From positions 7,402 to 39,401 of the forward strand of contig CAKOWZ010000007.1 of the NCBI GenBank assembly GCA_934129745.1: a stretch of DNA of 32,000 bases. The letters are read 5' to 3'. The first letter of the stretch is position 1; each line of letters opens with the position of its first letter. This stretch comes from an uncultured Clostridia bacterium. Lineage in GTDB: Bacteria; Bacillota; Clostridia; TANB77; CAG-508. The notes beneath the pieces are model-generated. The model searched no databases, was not told where the DNA came from, and saw only the letters and a program-made list of their open reading frames with translations. Position numbers and translations under genes: made by a program. Positions 20,142 through 26,401 of the stretch are shown here, one piece after another.

Positions 20142-20306
20142 GTGTGTTAACATAAATAAATTGGGCGCAGGTGATATTAATATGAGGAATTTAATGTGAG
20201 AATATAGAGAATGTATTAATATAAAAAAGTTAAAATATTTAATTAAATTGAATAAACAGGAATATATTGGAAAAAATATAACATAAGTGAAAAAAGGGGT
20301 GATTGC

Positions 20307-21467
20307 ATGTATAGAAAAATGAATAAACAAAGTAAATTTAAAAAGTTTATGGTTATAATATTAATTTTAATTGTTGCGAGTTTAGTTAGTTTCAAATTAT
20401 ATAAAATATATGCCAAAATAGAAATACAGGATTATATGAATGTACAGGAAAATAATGAAATTACTGTTGGAGAAAAAAATAACCAAGATGCAACAATTAG
20501 CCAAATGCTTGATGTTACAACTAAAACGGTTGTTGGGATATCTAAATTAAAGGAAAATGGAAATACTATTTTTACAGAAAATGGTGTATCACAAATGGGA
20601 ATAGGTAGTGGTGTGATTGTTTCAGAAAATGGATATATTTTGACTAATGAGCATGTTTCTGGAGTGAAGAATAGTAGTTGTTATGTTACTATGGAAGATG
20701 GGAAAGAATATAATGCTAATGTTGTTTGGTCAGATTCGAATCTTGATTTGGCTATTATTAAAATTAATATGAAATGTGTTAATTATGCCAAATTAGGAGA
20801 TTCTGATATTGTTAAGGTTGGAGAGAGTGTGTATGCAATTGGTAATCCTATTGGTTTTGAATTTCAGAAGACTGTTACTTCTGGAATTATTAGTGCTTTG
20901 AATAGGACAATTATTTTTAGCGAAAATAGAGGTAATAATGTTAATACTAGTAGTAATAATAATTCTGGAAAAAATGATGTTTATATGTCAAATCTGATTC
21001 AAACTGATGCAACAATTAATCCAGGAAATAGTGGCGGACCTTTGATTAATAATAATGGGGAAATTATTGGAATTAATACTGTGAAAATCACGTCTGCAGA
21101 AGGAATTGGTTTTGCTGTTCCTATAAATGTTGTAAAACCTATTATACAAAAATTTGAGAGTGAAGGGAAATTTGATGAGGCAGGATTAGGGATTTTTGCT
21201 TATGATAAAAATGTTATTCCATATTTAGATTCTAATATAAAATTTGATAATGGTATTTATGTTGCTCAGATTTCTTTAGATTCTCCTACTATTAATAGTG
21301 GTTTACAGGTTGGGGATGTTATTACAAAAATTGATGATGTATGTTTGAATAAAATGTGCGATTTGAGAGAGTATTTGTATTCTAAAAATGTTGGAGATGT
21401 TGTTAGATTGAATGTGTTGAGAAATAATAAGGAAAAAGTGATTGAGGTTAAGTTGGTAAAGAAGTAA
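20307..21467 (+). CDS. htrA: HtrA/DegP-family serine protease with N-terminal TM anchor and one PDZ domain
   Basis: 386 aa with the catalytic triad contexts LTNEHV, DLAIIKI and GNSGGPLIN; PDZ-like GLQVGDVITKIDD. AGGGGTGA lies 4 nt before the ATG. Confidence 0.93.
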   Translation: MYRKMNKQSKFKKFMVIILILIVASLVSFKLYKIYAKIEIQDYMNVQENNEITVGEKNNQDATISQMLDVTTKTVVGISKLKENGNTIFTENGVSQMGIGSGVIVSENGYILTNEHVSGVKNSSCYVTMEDGKEYNANVVWSDSNLDLAIIKINMKCVNYAKLGDSDIVKVGESVYAIGNPIGFEFQKTVTSGIISALNRTIIFSENRGNNVNTSSNNNSGKNDVYMSNLIQTDATINPGNSGGPLINNNGEIIGINTVKITSAEGIGFAVPINVVKPIIQKFESEGKFDEAGLGIFAYDKNVIPYLDSNIKFDNGIYVAQISLDSPTINSGLQVGDVITKIDDVCLNKMCDLREYLYSKNVGDVVRLNVLRNNKEKVIEVKLVKK

Positions 21468-21472
21468 TTATG

Positions 21473-21525
21473 TACAACTTTTTAGCATCAATAACGATTG
21501 ATACAAACATCAATCAAGTTAATAA
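21473..21525 (+). repeat. Direct repeat copy A (about 50 bp, contains a 7-bp hairpin)
   Basis: TACAACTTTTTAGCATCAATAACGATTGATACAAACATCAATCAAGTTAATAA, just after the htrA stop. Confidence 0.75.
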
Positions 21526-21690
21526 AATCATAGCATTATAGGTTTAAAATAGATATGTCACACATACATTGAAAATAAAATATTGAAAGAGAGTACCAAA
21601 TGTTTAGTTGACGAAAAAACATATCGAACAGGAGGTACTCAATTTGGAACATTTTTTGAAAAGTTTGAGCAATTTATAGAAATTATAAAA

Positions 21691-21740
21691 AAACACACTA
21701 ACTACAAATACATTGCAATTAGTGTGTTTCACGTTTTTTG
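21691..21740 (+). terminator. Hairpin + T-run inside the repeat-bounded cassette
   Basis: AAACACACTAA (21691-21701) pairs with TTAGTGTGTTT (21719-21729), followed by CACGTTTTTTG. Confidence 0.45.
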
Positions 21741-21806
21741 ATTTTTATAGATTGCTTATGATTTCTCGCAAAAATCAAAAAAATTGGTGCCGCCGAAGTA
21801 GTTATC

Positions 21807-21861
21807 TACAACTTTTTTTGGCTCTCATAACGATTGATACAAATATCAATCAATTTATTAA
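21807..21861 (+). repeat. Direct repeat copy B
   Basis: TACAACTTTTTTTGGCTCTCATAACGATTGATACAAATATCAATCAATTTATTAA. It shares TACAACTTTTT and ATAACGATTGATACAAA-ATCAATCAA with copy A. Confidence 0.75.
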
Positions 21862-21931
21862 GATATATCATAATTTTTATAAAAAACAATAGGTATATTA
21901 AAAAATTTTATGGTTATTCTTGTAAATTAAC

Positions 21932-21964
21932 AAAATGTACCACCTGAAATGGATGGTACATTTT
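21932..21964. terminator. Bidirectional hairpin downstream of the 60-aa gene
   Basis: AAAATGTACCA (21932-21942) / TGGTACATTTT (21954-21964) with an 11-nt loop. Confidence 0.5.
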
Positions 21965-21986
21965 GTTTAAAGAATAGTTTTTTATC

Positions 21987-22169
21987 CTATCCTCTATGGC
22001 GAGATTTTTTCCATGCTTCAGCTTCAGCTCTATCAATTTTTTTCATTTTTTTTCGTAAACTTGCATCTACTTTTGCAAGTCTCTTAGCAATTTTCTCTTC
22101 TTGTTCTGCTGATACCTCTTGTTCGCATATAGCGTCTGGTATATCAAAAGTTTCAAATTTAATCGCCAT
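21987..22169 (-). CDS. Small highly charged helical protein (60 aa), unknown function
   Basis: ATG preceded by AAGGAGGA at 6 nt. G+C is visibly above the local background. It has its own promoter/operator region. Confidence 0.55.
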   Translation of the reverse strand: MAIKFETFDIPDAICEQEVSAEQEEKIAKRLAKVDASLRKKMKKIDRAEAEAWKKSRHRG

Positions 22170-22200
22170 AACGTTTCCTCCTTAACAAATTTGTTTTCGA

Positions 22201-22252
22201 GTTATATCGCTATCCATAGGTATATCAATAGTACTAATACCATAGGTATATC
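22201..22252 (-). promoter_or_regulatory. Promoter with two 13-bp direct repeats upstream of the 60-aa gene
   Basis: On the minus strand: TTGATA (22228-22223), a 16-nt spacer and TATAAC (22206-22201). CCATAGGTATATC occurs at 22214-22226 and 22240-22252, each with an ATACC-ATA-GGTAT-type half-palindrome. Confidence 0.5.
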
Positions 22253-22284
22253 TACACCAATAGCTAAAGGTAATGCTATTGTTC

Positions 22285-22548
22285 TTACTGTCCCAGATAT
22301 TTTTTACCTTCTTTCAGTTCTTCCAGACCTTTTTGAGTATCTATTTCTATAGCTTCTGAAATTGATACATTAGCCATCTGCATAAATTTATATAAATTAT
22401 AAAAAACAGATACTACAAAAAATGTCATTGAAACTGCCATACAATACAAAGTAATTAATGAAAGTGGAATACTCAATATAACTGATATGCCACTTATTAA
22501 CAATACCTTTTCCCGTAACAGTAGTTTTTGCCACTTTTCCTTTAACAT
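22285..22548 (-). CDS. Small two-TM membrane protein (87 aa), unknown function
   Basis: ATG preceded by AAGGAGGG. Two hydrophobic helices (VLLISGISVILSIPLSLITLY, VSMTFFVVSVFYNLY) are followed by an amphipathic tail. Confidence 0.6.
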   Translation of the reverse strand: MLKEKWQKLLLREKVLLISGISVILSIPLSLITLYCMAVSMTFFVVSVFYNLYKFMQMANVSISEAIEIDTQKGLEELKEGKKYLGQ

Positions 22549-22767
22549 TTTTTAGCCCTCCTTAAAATAATTATTTTATAATAAATGTCTATACATCAAC
22601 CTATAAAACAGGATTAAAAAGAAATTAACATAAGTATTTTATAATTTTTTACTTACTTTTTCAATAATTTGCCCAAAAATTTTTAGCAACTTTTTAAACA
22701 TAAATCAATTCGCTAAAAACAATTTCTTCTGCTTGTGCCTTAATAGTGTTCATAGCACCAAACTTTT

Positions 22768-22810
22768 GAAATAAAACAACGGAGCTCTCACTTTTTACGG
22801 TGAAAGCCCC
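22768..22810 (-). terminator. Rho-independent terminator of the 94-aa gene
   Basis: The minus-strand RNA GGGGCUUUCAC-CGUAAAAA-GUGAGAGCUCC forms an 11-bp stem with two G-U pairs, followed by GUUGUUUUAUUU. Confidence 0.6.
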
Positions 22811-22833
22811 TAATTTGGTCAGTTATCTTTTGA

Positions 22834-23118
22834 TTAAAGATCGTTTATGCTTATGCCCGCAGCTCTTGCAGCTGCAATTCTTCCTTCGATAGCACTTCTT
22901 ATTCTTTTTCCGTCAAAGTCCGCACAAAACAGATACTGTGCCAGGTCTCTTTCTGCTTCTGACTGAACTACTCCGTCTCCGCAGTTGATTGCAAAGCAAC
23001 CATTAAGCTCTTGAGCTCTTTGAGAATTATTCTCTACACCAGCCTTAATAGCCAGCTCCTTTAATTTAGAATCTTCCTCTAAAAGCCTTTTCCAAACCTT
23101 TTCATCTGAAATATTCAT
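22834..23118 (-). CDS. Hypothetical 94-aa protein on a G+C-rich patch
   Basis: The best start is the ATG at 23118-23116 (GAGGAGG 9 nt upstream). The ORF-track start at 23136 lies inside that RBS. It contains CFAINCGDG and a C-terminal AAARAAG. Confidence 0.65.
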   Translation of the reverse strand: MNISDEKVWKRLLEEDSKLKELAIKAGVENNSQRAQELNGCFAINCGDGVVQSEAERDLAQYLFCADFDGKRIRSAIEGRIAAARAAGISINDL

Positions 23119-23211
23119 AAAATGTAACCTCCTCAAAATTCTTTGATGGACTGTACAATCGGTCTGACCACCTCCGACTGCAATCTACTGAGTTTATAGT
23201 TTTCCAAAAAG

Positions 23212-23240
23212 ATTATAGCATAAATCTCCACAAAATGCAA
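23212..23240 (-). promoter_or_regulatory. Near-consensus promoter for the 94-aa gene
   Basis: Minus strand: TTGCAT (23240-23235), an exact 17-nt spacer and TATAAT (23217-23212). This predicts a leader of about 85 nt. Confidence 0.6.
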
Positions 23241-23264
23241 TTAATTGGAATAAATATTATAAAT

Positions 23265-23317
23265 AACTTATGATATGATCACCCTATAAAATTAACTTAT
23301 GAAAAGTTCACCCTATG
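23265..23317 (+). repeat. Two 24-bp direct repeats, 29 bp apart, between divergent promoters
   Basis: AACTTATGATATGATCACCCTATA (23265-23288) and AACTTATGAAAAGTTCACCCTATG (23294-23317). An inverted copy of the GTTCACCCT core (AGGGTGAAC) sits at 23379-23387. Confidence 0.6.
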
Positions 23318-23324
23318 ATATAAT

Positions 23325-23413
23325 GGAGGTATGAGAACTGTTATGTTCTTATTATACAATAAAGCTTGTGACTATTCAAGGGTGAACAAGTCACAAGTTA
23401 AAATATTATTTTT
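23325..23413 (+). ncRNA. Candidate short terminated transcript (sRNA?)
   Basis: An extended -10 TGATATAAT (23316-23324) is followed about 40 nt later by a 9-bp hairpin, CTTGTGACT (23365-23373) / AGTCACAAG (23389-23397), and a U-rich tail. No convincing ORF is present, because GGAGGT abuts the ATG at 23331. Confidence 0.3.
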
Positions 23414-23452
23414 AGGGTGTCCTAATCAAAAATTATTGACATTTTTTACAAA

Positions 23453-23731
23453 TTATATTTTTTTCAAATATTCTTCTAACTCTGGTAACTTTATCTTTTT
23501 AGCTAAATTAGAAATATACACATCATTAGAATAATTAAAAACTAGAAATGTAGTGTCTTTTACAATTACTCTATGTGGCTCAATATAAGAAATATTAGTT
23601 TTCTCAATTTTTCTAATACTGCCATTGATAAAAGTAGGAGTAACTTTAGAAAATTCACATATAAACTCCAGTCGTTGTTTTAGACATTCCTCAAATTGTA
23701 GTTCCTGCTTAACTATCTTCATTTCAAGCAC
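23453..23731 (-). CDS. Hypothetical 92-aa protein
   Basis: ORF with GTG/ATG start options (23731 or 23722) immediately downstream of a consensus promoter. No family recognised. Confidence 0.5.
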   Translation of the reverse strand: MLEMKIVKQELQFEECLKQRLEFICEFSKVTPTFINGSIRKIEKTNISYIEPHRVIVKDTTFLVFNYSNDVYISNLAKKIKLPELEEYLKKI

Positions 23732-23740
23732 TATCCTTTC

Positions 23741-23769
23741 ATTATAATTTTATGATGATTTTTTCGCAA
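23741..23769 (-). promoter_or_regulatory. Near-consensus promoter for the 92-aa gene (near-leaderless)
   Basis: Minus strand: TTGCGA (23769-23764), an exact 17-nt spacer and TATAAT (23746-23741). The predicted start site lies only a few nt before the GTG at 23731. Confidence 0.55.
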
Positions 23770-23802
23770 AAGAAAAAAATCAACCATTTCTGATTGATTT
23801 TT
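23766..23802 (-). terminator. Hairpin after tRNA-Arg
   Basis: AAAAATCAA (23775-23783) / TTGATTTTT (23794-23802) with a 10-nt loop; T-rich on the minus strand downstream. Confidence 0.45.
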
Positions 23803-23840
23803 GTATCTATCTGTTTTATTAGTTCGAACATATAAATCAA

Positions 23841-23917
<77 letters not shown>

Positions 23918-23998
23918 AAAACTATATATTATTATAAACGTTTTTTTTTATTATTTCAAGAGTAAATTAAATTTTTTTGAAAAAATTTAAAAAAAGTA

Positions 23999-24027
23999 TT
24001 GAAAAATTGTTTTTATTATGTTATATT
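23999..24027 (+). promoter_or_regulatory. Candidate promoter for tRNA-Pro
   Basis: TTGAAA (23999-24004), a 17-nt spacer and TATATT (24022-24027), about 50 nt upstream of the tRNA. Confidence 0.45.
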
Positions 24028-24078
24028 ATATTAGTCTTTTGTTGTCGAGTAATTAAGATGGAAAGACAATTTGTTAAT

Positions 24079-24154
24079 CGAGGCGTAGCGCAGTTGGTAG
24101 CGCGCGTGGTTTGGGACCATGAGGTCGCAGGTTCGATCCCTGTCGCCTCGACCA
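24079..24154 (+). tRNA. tRNA-Pro (anticodon TGG)
   Basis: CGAGGCGTAGCGCAGTTGGTAGCGCGCGTGGTTTGGGACCATGAGGTCGCAGGTTCGATCCCTGTCGCCTCGACCA. Acceptor stem CGAGGCG/CGCCTCG, anticodon loop TTTGGGA with G37, encoded CCA. Confidence 0.95.
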
Positions 24155-24158
24155 TAAA

Positions 24159-24190
24159 AAGGAGCTTTTTAAAAGCTCCTTAATTTGTTT
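24159..24190 (+). terminator. Terminator after tRNA-Pro
   Basis: The palindrome AAGGAGCTTTTTAAAAGCTCCTT is followed by AATTTGTTTT. Confidence 0.6.
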
Positions 24191-24375
24191 TAGTCTATTT
24201 TAAGTTTTTTTATTTCTCTAACTTTTTCAAAAATCCGCTATATTTATGATGCTACGTACATTATTACATTTAAATTATAAGAAGTAGTATTCTGTTAAAA
24301 AATTAGAATTTTTTTATCTGTTAATCTAACTCTCATAATTTTTTCTGTTCTTTTTTTCTCAATCTTACTAAATAA

Positions 24376-25200
24376 TTATTCCTTGTTTTTAACTAATTCT
24401 TCGTGATAAAAATAATTTATATATTTAATTTTATTTTCATCACAATATTTTTCTATATTTTTAGAAAGTTCAATCCAGTATTGTTTATTTTTTTTATTAT
24501 ATATTTCATCATAATGACTTACTAAATCTGGATAATTTGATTTAATGTAACTTAATATTGTCTGTTTATAACTTCCTCTTAAATTTAAATTTTCAAACCA
24601 ATATTCATCAATATATTCTTTGCTCACATCTATAATTTCTTTAACATTTGTGATATAGGGGAATATTGGAGAAATAAACAATACAGTGTATATTCCGTTA
24701 TTATGAAGTTCTTTTAAAGTATGTAATCTTTCTTGTATTGAACTGGCATTGTCCATATCATTTTTGAAATTTTCGTCCAATGTATTAATAGACATTGATA
24801 CTGTTAAGTTTTTCATTTGTTTTAATAAATCTAAATCTCTTAATATTAACTTTGATTTAGTTGAAATGCTTAATTCACAATCTACATCTACTAATTGTTT
24901 TAATATATTTCTTGTTAATTCGTATTTTTCTTCAAAGTGGTTATAACAATCTGTTACTGATGATAAAAACACTCTCTTGTTTTTTAGATTCTTTACATTA
25001 ATTTTTTTATCGCATTGCTTTATATCAATAAAAGTTCCCCAATCTTCTTTATGTCCTGTAAACCTTTTCATAAAACTTGCATAACAATATTTGCAACCAT
25101 GAGGACAACCAATATAAGGATTTATCACATAATCACTAGCTGGCAAATTAGATTTTGTCACATAGTCATTAACTTGTATTTGTTTTTCTATAATTTTCAT
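24376..25200 (-). CDS. Radical SAM protein (COG1533 / SplB-like DNA repair photolyase family)
   Basis: 274 aa. The N-terminal INPYIGCPHGCKYCYASFMKRF carries the CxxxCxxC 4Fe-4S/SAM cluster motif in the context typical of this family. Confidence 0.85.
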   Translation of the reverse strand: MKIIEKQIQVNDYVTKSNLPASDYVINPYIGCPHGCKYCYASFMKRFTGHKEDWGTFIDIKQCDKKINVKNLKNKRVFLSSVTDCYNHFEEKYELTRNILKQLVDVDCELSISTKSKLILRDLDLLKQMKNLTVSMSINTLDENFKNDMDNASSIQERLHTLKELHNNGIYTVLFISPIFPYITNVKEIIDVSKEYIDEYWFENLNLRGSYKQTILSYIKSNYPDLVSHYDEIYNKKNKQYWIELSKNIEKYCDENKIKYINYFYHEELVKNKE

Positions 25201-25274
25201 GGATACGCCTACTTTCTTATTATTTTTATTTCACTATGATTATATAAAATATTTTTTAATTCTAAAAATATTTT

Positions 25275-25320
25275 AACCTAATTCGCTCCATAAATCAATG
25301 AGCAAGGAGTGAATTAGGTT
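25275..25320. repeat. 15-bp inverted repeat (1 mismatch) in the divergent radical-SAM/Fic intergenic region
   Basis: AACCTAATTCGCTCC (25275-25289) and GGAGTGAATTAGGTT (25306-25320) with a 16-nt spacer. Confidence 0.8.
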
Positions 25321-25364
25321 AATTTCACTTGTCGTTTAGCCTGTTTTCTTCAAAATATCGAGAT

Positions 25365-25393
25365 TTGACTCTCCAAAATGTATATGATAAAAT
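25365..25393 (+). promoter_or_regulatory. Extended -10 promoter upstream of the Fic locus
   Basis: TTGACT (25365-25370), a 17-nt spacer ending in TGA, and TAAAAT (25388-25393). Confidence 0.6.
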
Positions 25394-25483
25394 TTAGGCA
25401 CATAATGGAAGAAAGAGAAAATTATTCTATACTATTATTATTGCCAAAGACTGTTTTGACTACTGGAGAATATTTGGAAATAA

Positions 25484-26182
25484 TGGATAGGTTATAGAAA
25501 AGAGGAAAAATTAGAATTTGTTTTAAATAACAAAAATTATTTAGAAGGTTTAATTACAAGAAGTACTTATCATTCAAATGCTATTGAAGGAAGTACACTT
25601 ACTTATGCTGAAACTTATGCTATTCTTTACAACGATAATAGCTTTAAAATTGAAGGAAAAGAACCAATGGAAATATATGAGGCTATTAACCATAAAAGTG
25701 CCTTAGAATTGGTTTTTAAAAATTTAAAGAATAATGATGGTTTTGATGAAAGATTCATTAAAAAGTTAAATGAAACTATTAATAGAAATATAAAAGAAAC
25801 AGAAGGATTTAGAACAGTTAAAGTATTTATTCAAGGTAGTGAGTATATTCCGCCAGATCCTGAAAAAGTTCCAAATTTAATGAATTATTTTGTTTATAAT
25901 TATAATAATGATGAACAAGATATTTTTAATAAAATTGCAAGGTATCATATCGAATTAGAGAAAATACATCCTTTTGAAGATGGTAATGGTAGAACAGGAC
26001 GATTACTTATTAATTATGAATTATTAAAAAATAATCTTCCACCTGTTGTTATTTCAAAAGATGATAGAGTTAAATATTTTGAATTTTTAAGAAATAATGA
26101 TGGAATAGGTTTGGCTCATTGGCTAAGAGATTTATCTAATGTTGAAGAAGAAAGAATGAAAAAATTTGGATATAAATATTAA
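25484..26182 (+). CDS. Fic/DOC-family protein (AMPylase-type), N-terminus unresolved or frameshifted
   Basis: Fic motif HPFEDGNGRTGRL. The frame is open from 25484 but the first ATG/GTG/TTG is at 25667. A separate frame-1 ORF (ATG 25405 to TAG 25497) overlaps the start of this frame. Confidence 0.8.
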   Translation, partial: WIGYRKEEKLEFVLNNKNYLEGLITRSTYHSNAIEGSTLTYAETYAILYNDNSFKIEGKEPMEIYEAINHKSALELVFKNLKNNDGFDERFIKKLNETINRNIKETEGFRTVKVFIQGSEYIPPDPEKVPNLMNYFVYNYNNDEQDIFNKIARYHIELEKIHPFEDGNGRTGRLLINYELLKNNLPPVVISKDDRVKYFEFLRNNDGIGLAHWLRDLSNVEEERMKKFGYKY

Positions 26183-26183
26183 A

Positions 26184-26230
26184 AAATAAATGAGAATTAA
26201 ATTTTTAATCTAATTCTCATTTATTTTTTG
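26184..26230. terminator. Bidirectional terminator between Fic and the glycosyltransferase
   Basis: 16-bp perfect stem AAATAAATGAGAATTA (26184-26199) / TAATTCTCATTTATTT (26211-26226), then a T-run. Confidence 0.8.
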
Positions 26231-26401
26231 ATTAAATTTTTAATCTTATTCTTATTTTAATTTTAATTAAAGTCTCAATCTAATCCCAAACCTTATTTAA
26301 AACAAAATCTTAAAACAAATTTTAAATCAAATTATAATTCAAATTACAATCTGAATCATAAATCAAATCATAAGTCAAATTATAATTAAATTTATACCCA
26401 C

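Noticed and set aside
19948-20299. G-quadruplex from the G3-G5 runs in the C-free tract
   Set aside because: The G-runs are separated by about 25-95 nt, which is far longer than the loops of stable intramolecular quadruplexes.
21784-21800. TGGTGCCGCCGAAG as a tRNA 3'-end fragment marking an att site paired with tRNA-Arg
   Set aside because: Only the TGGTGC hexamer matches the tRNA-Arg 3' end (23841-23846) and the remainder diverges. This is too short to call.
22694-22753. 19-codon minus-strand ORF (MNTIKAQAEEIVFSELIYV)
   Set aside because: It could be the remnant of a truncated gene at the edge of the G+C-rich patch, but it has no RBS and is too short to support.
23331-23534. 67-aa plus-strand ORF
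   Set aside because: GGAGGT directly abuts the ATG with no spacing. A terminator hairpin lies inside the ORF, and it overlaps the 3' end of the better-supported 92-aa minus-strand gene. I treat it as a non-coding transcript candidate instead.
23977-24183. 68-aa plus-strand ORF
   Set aside because: It reads straight through tRNA-Pro (24079-24154) and its terminator.
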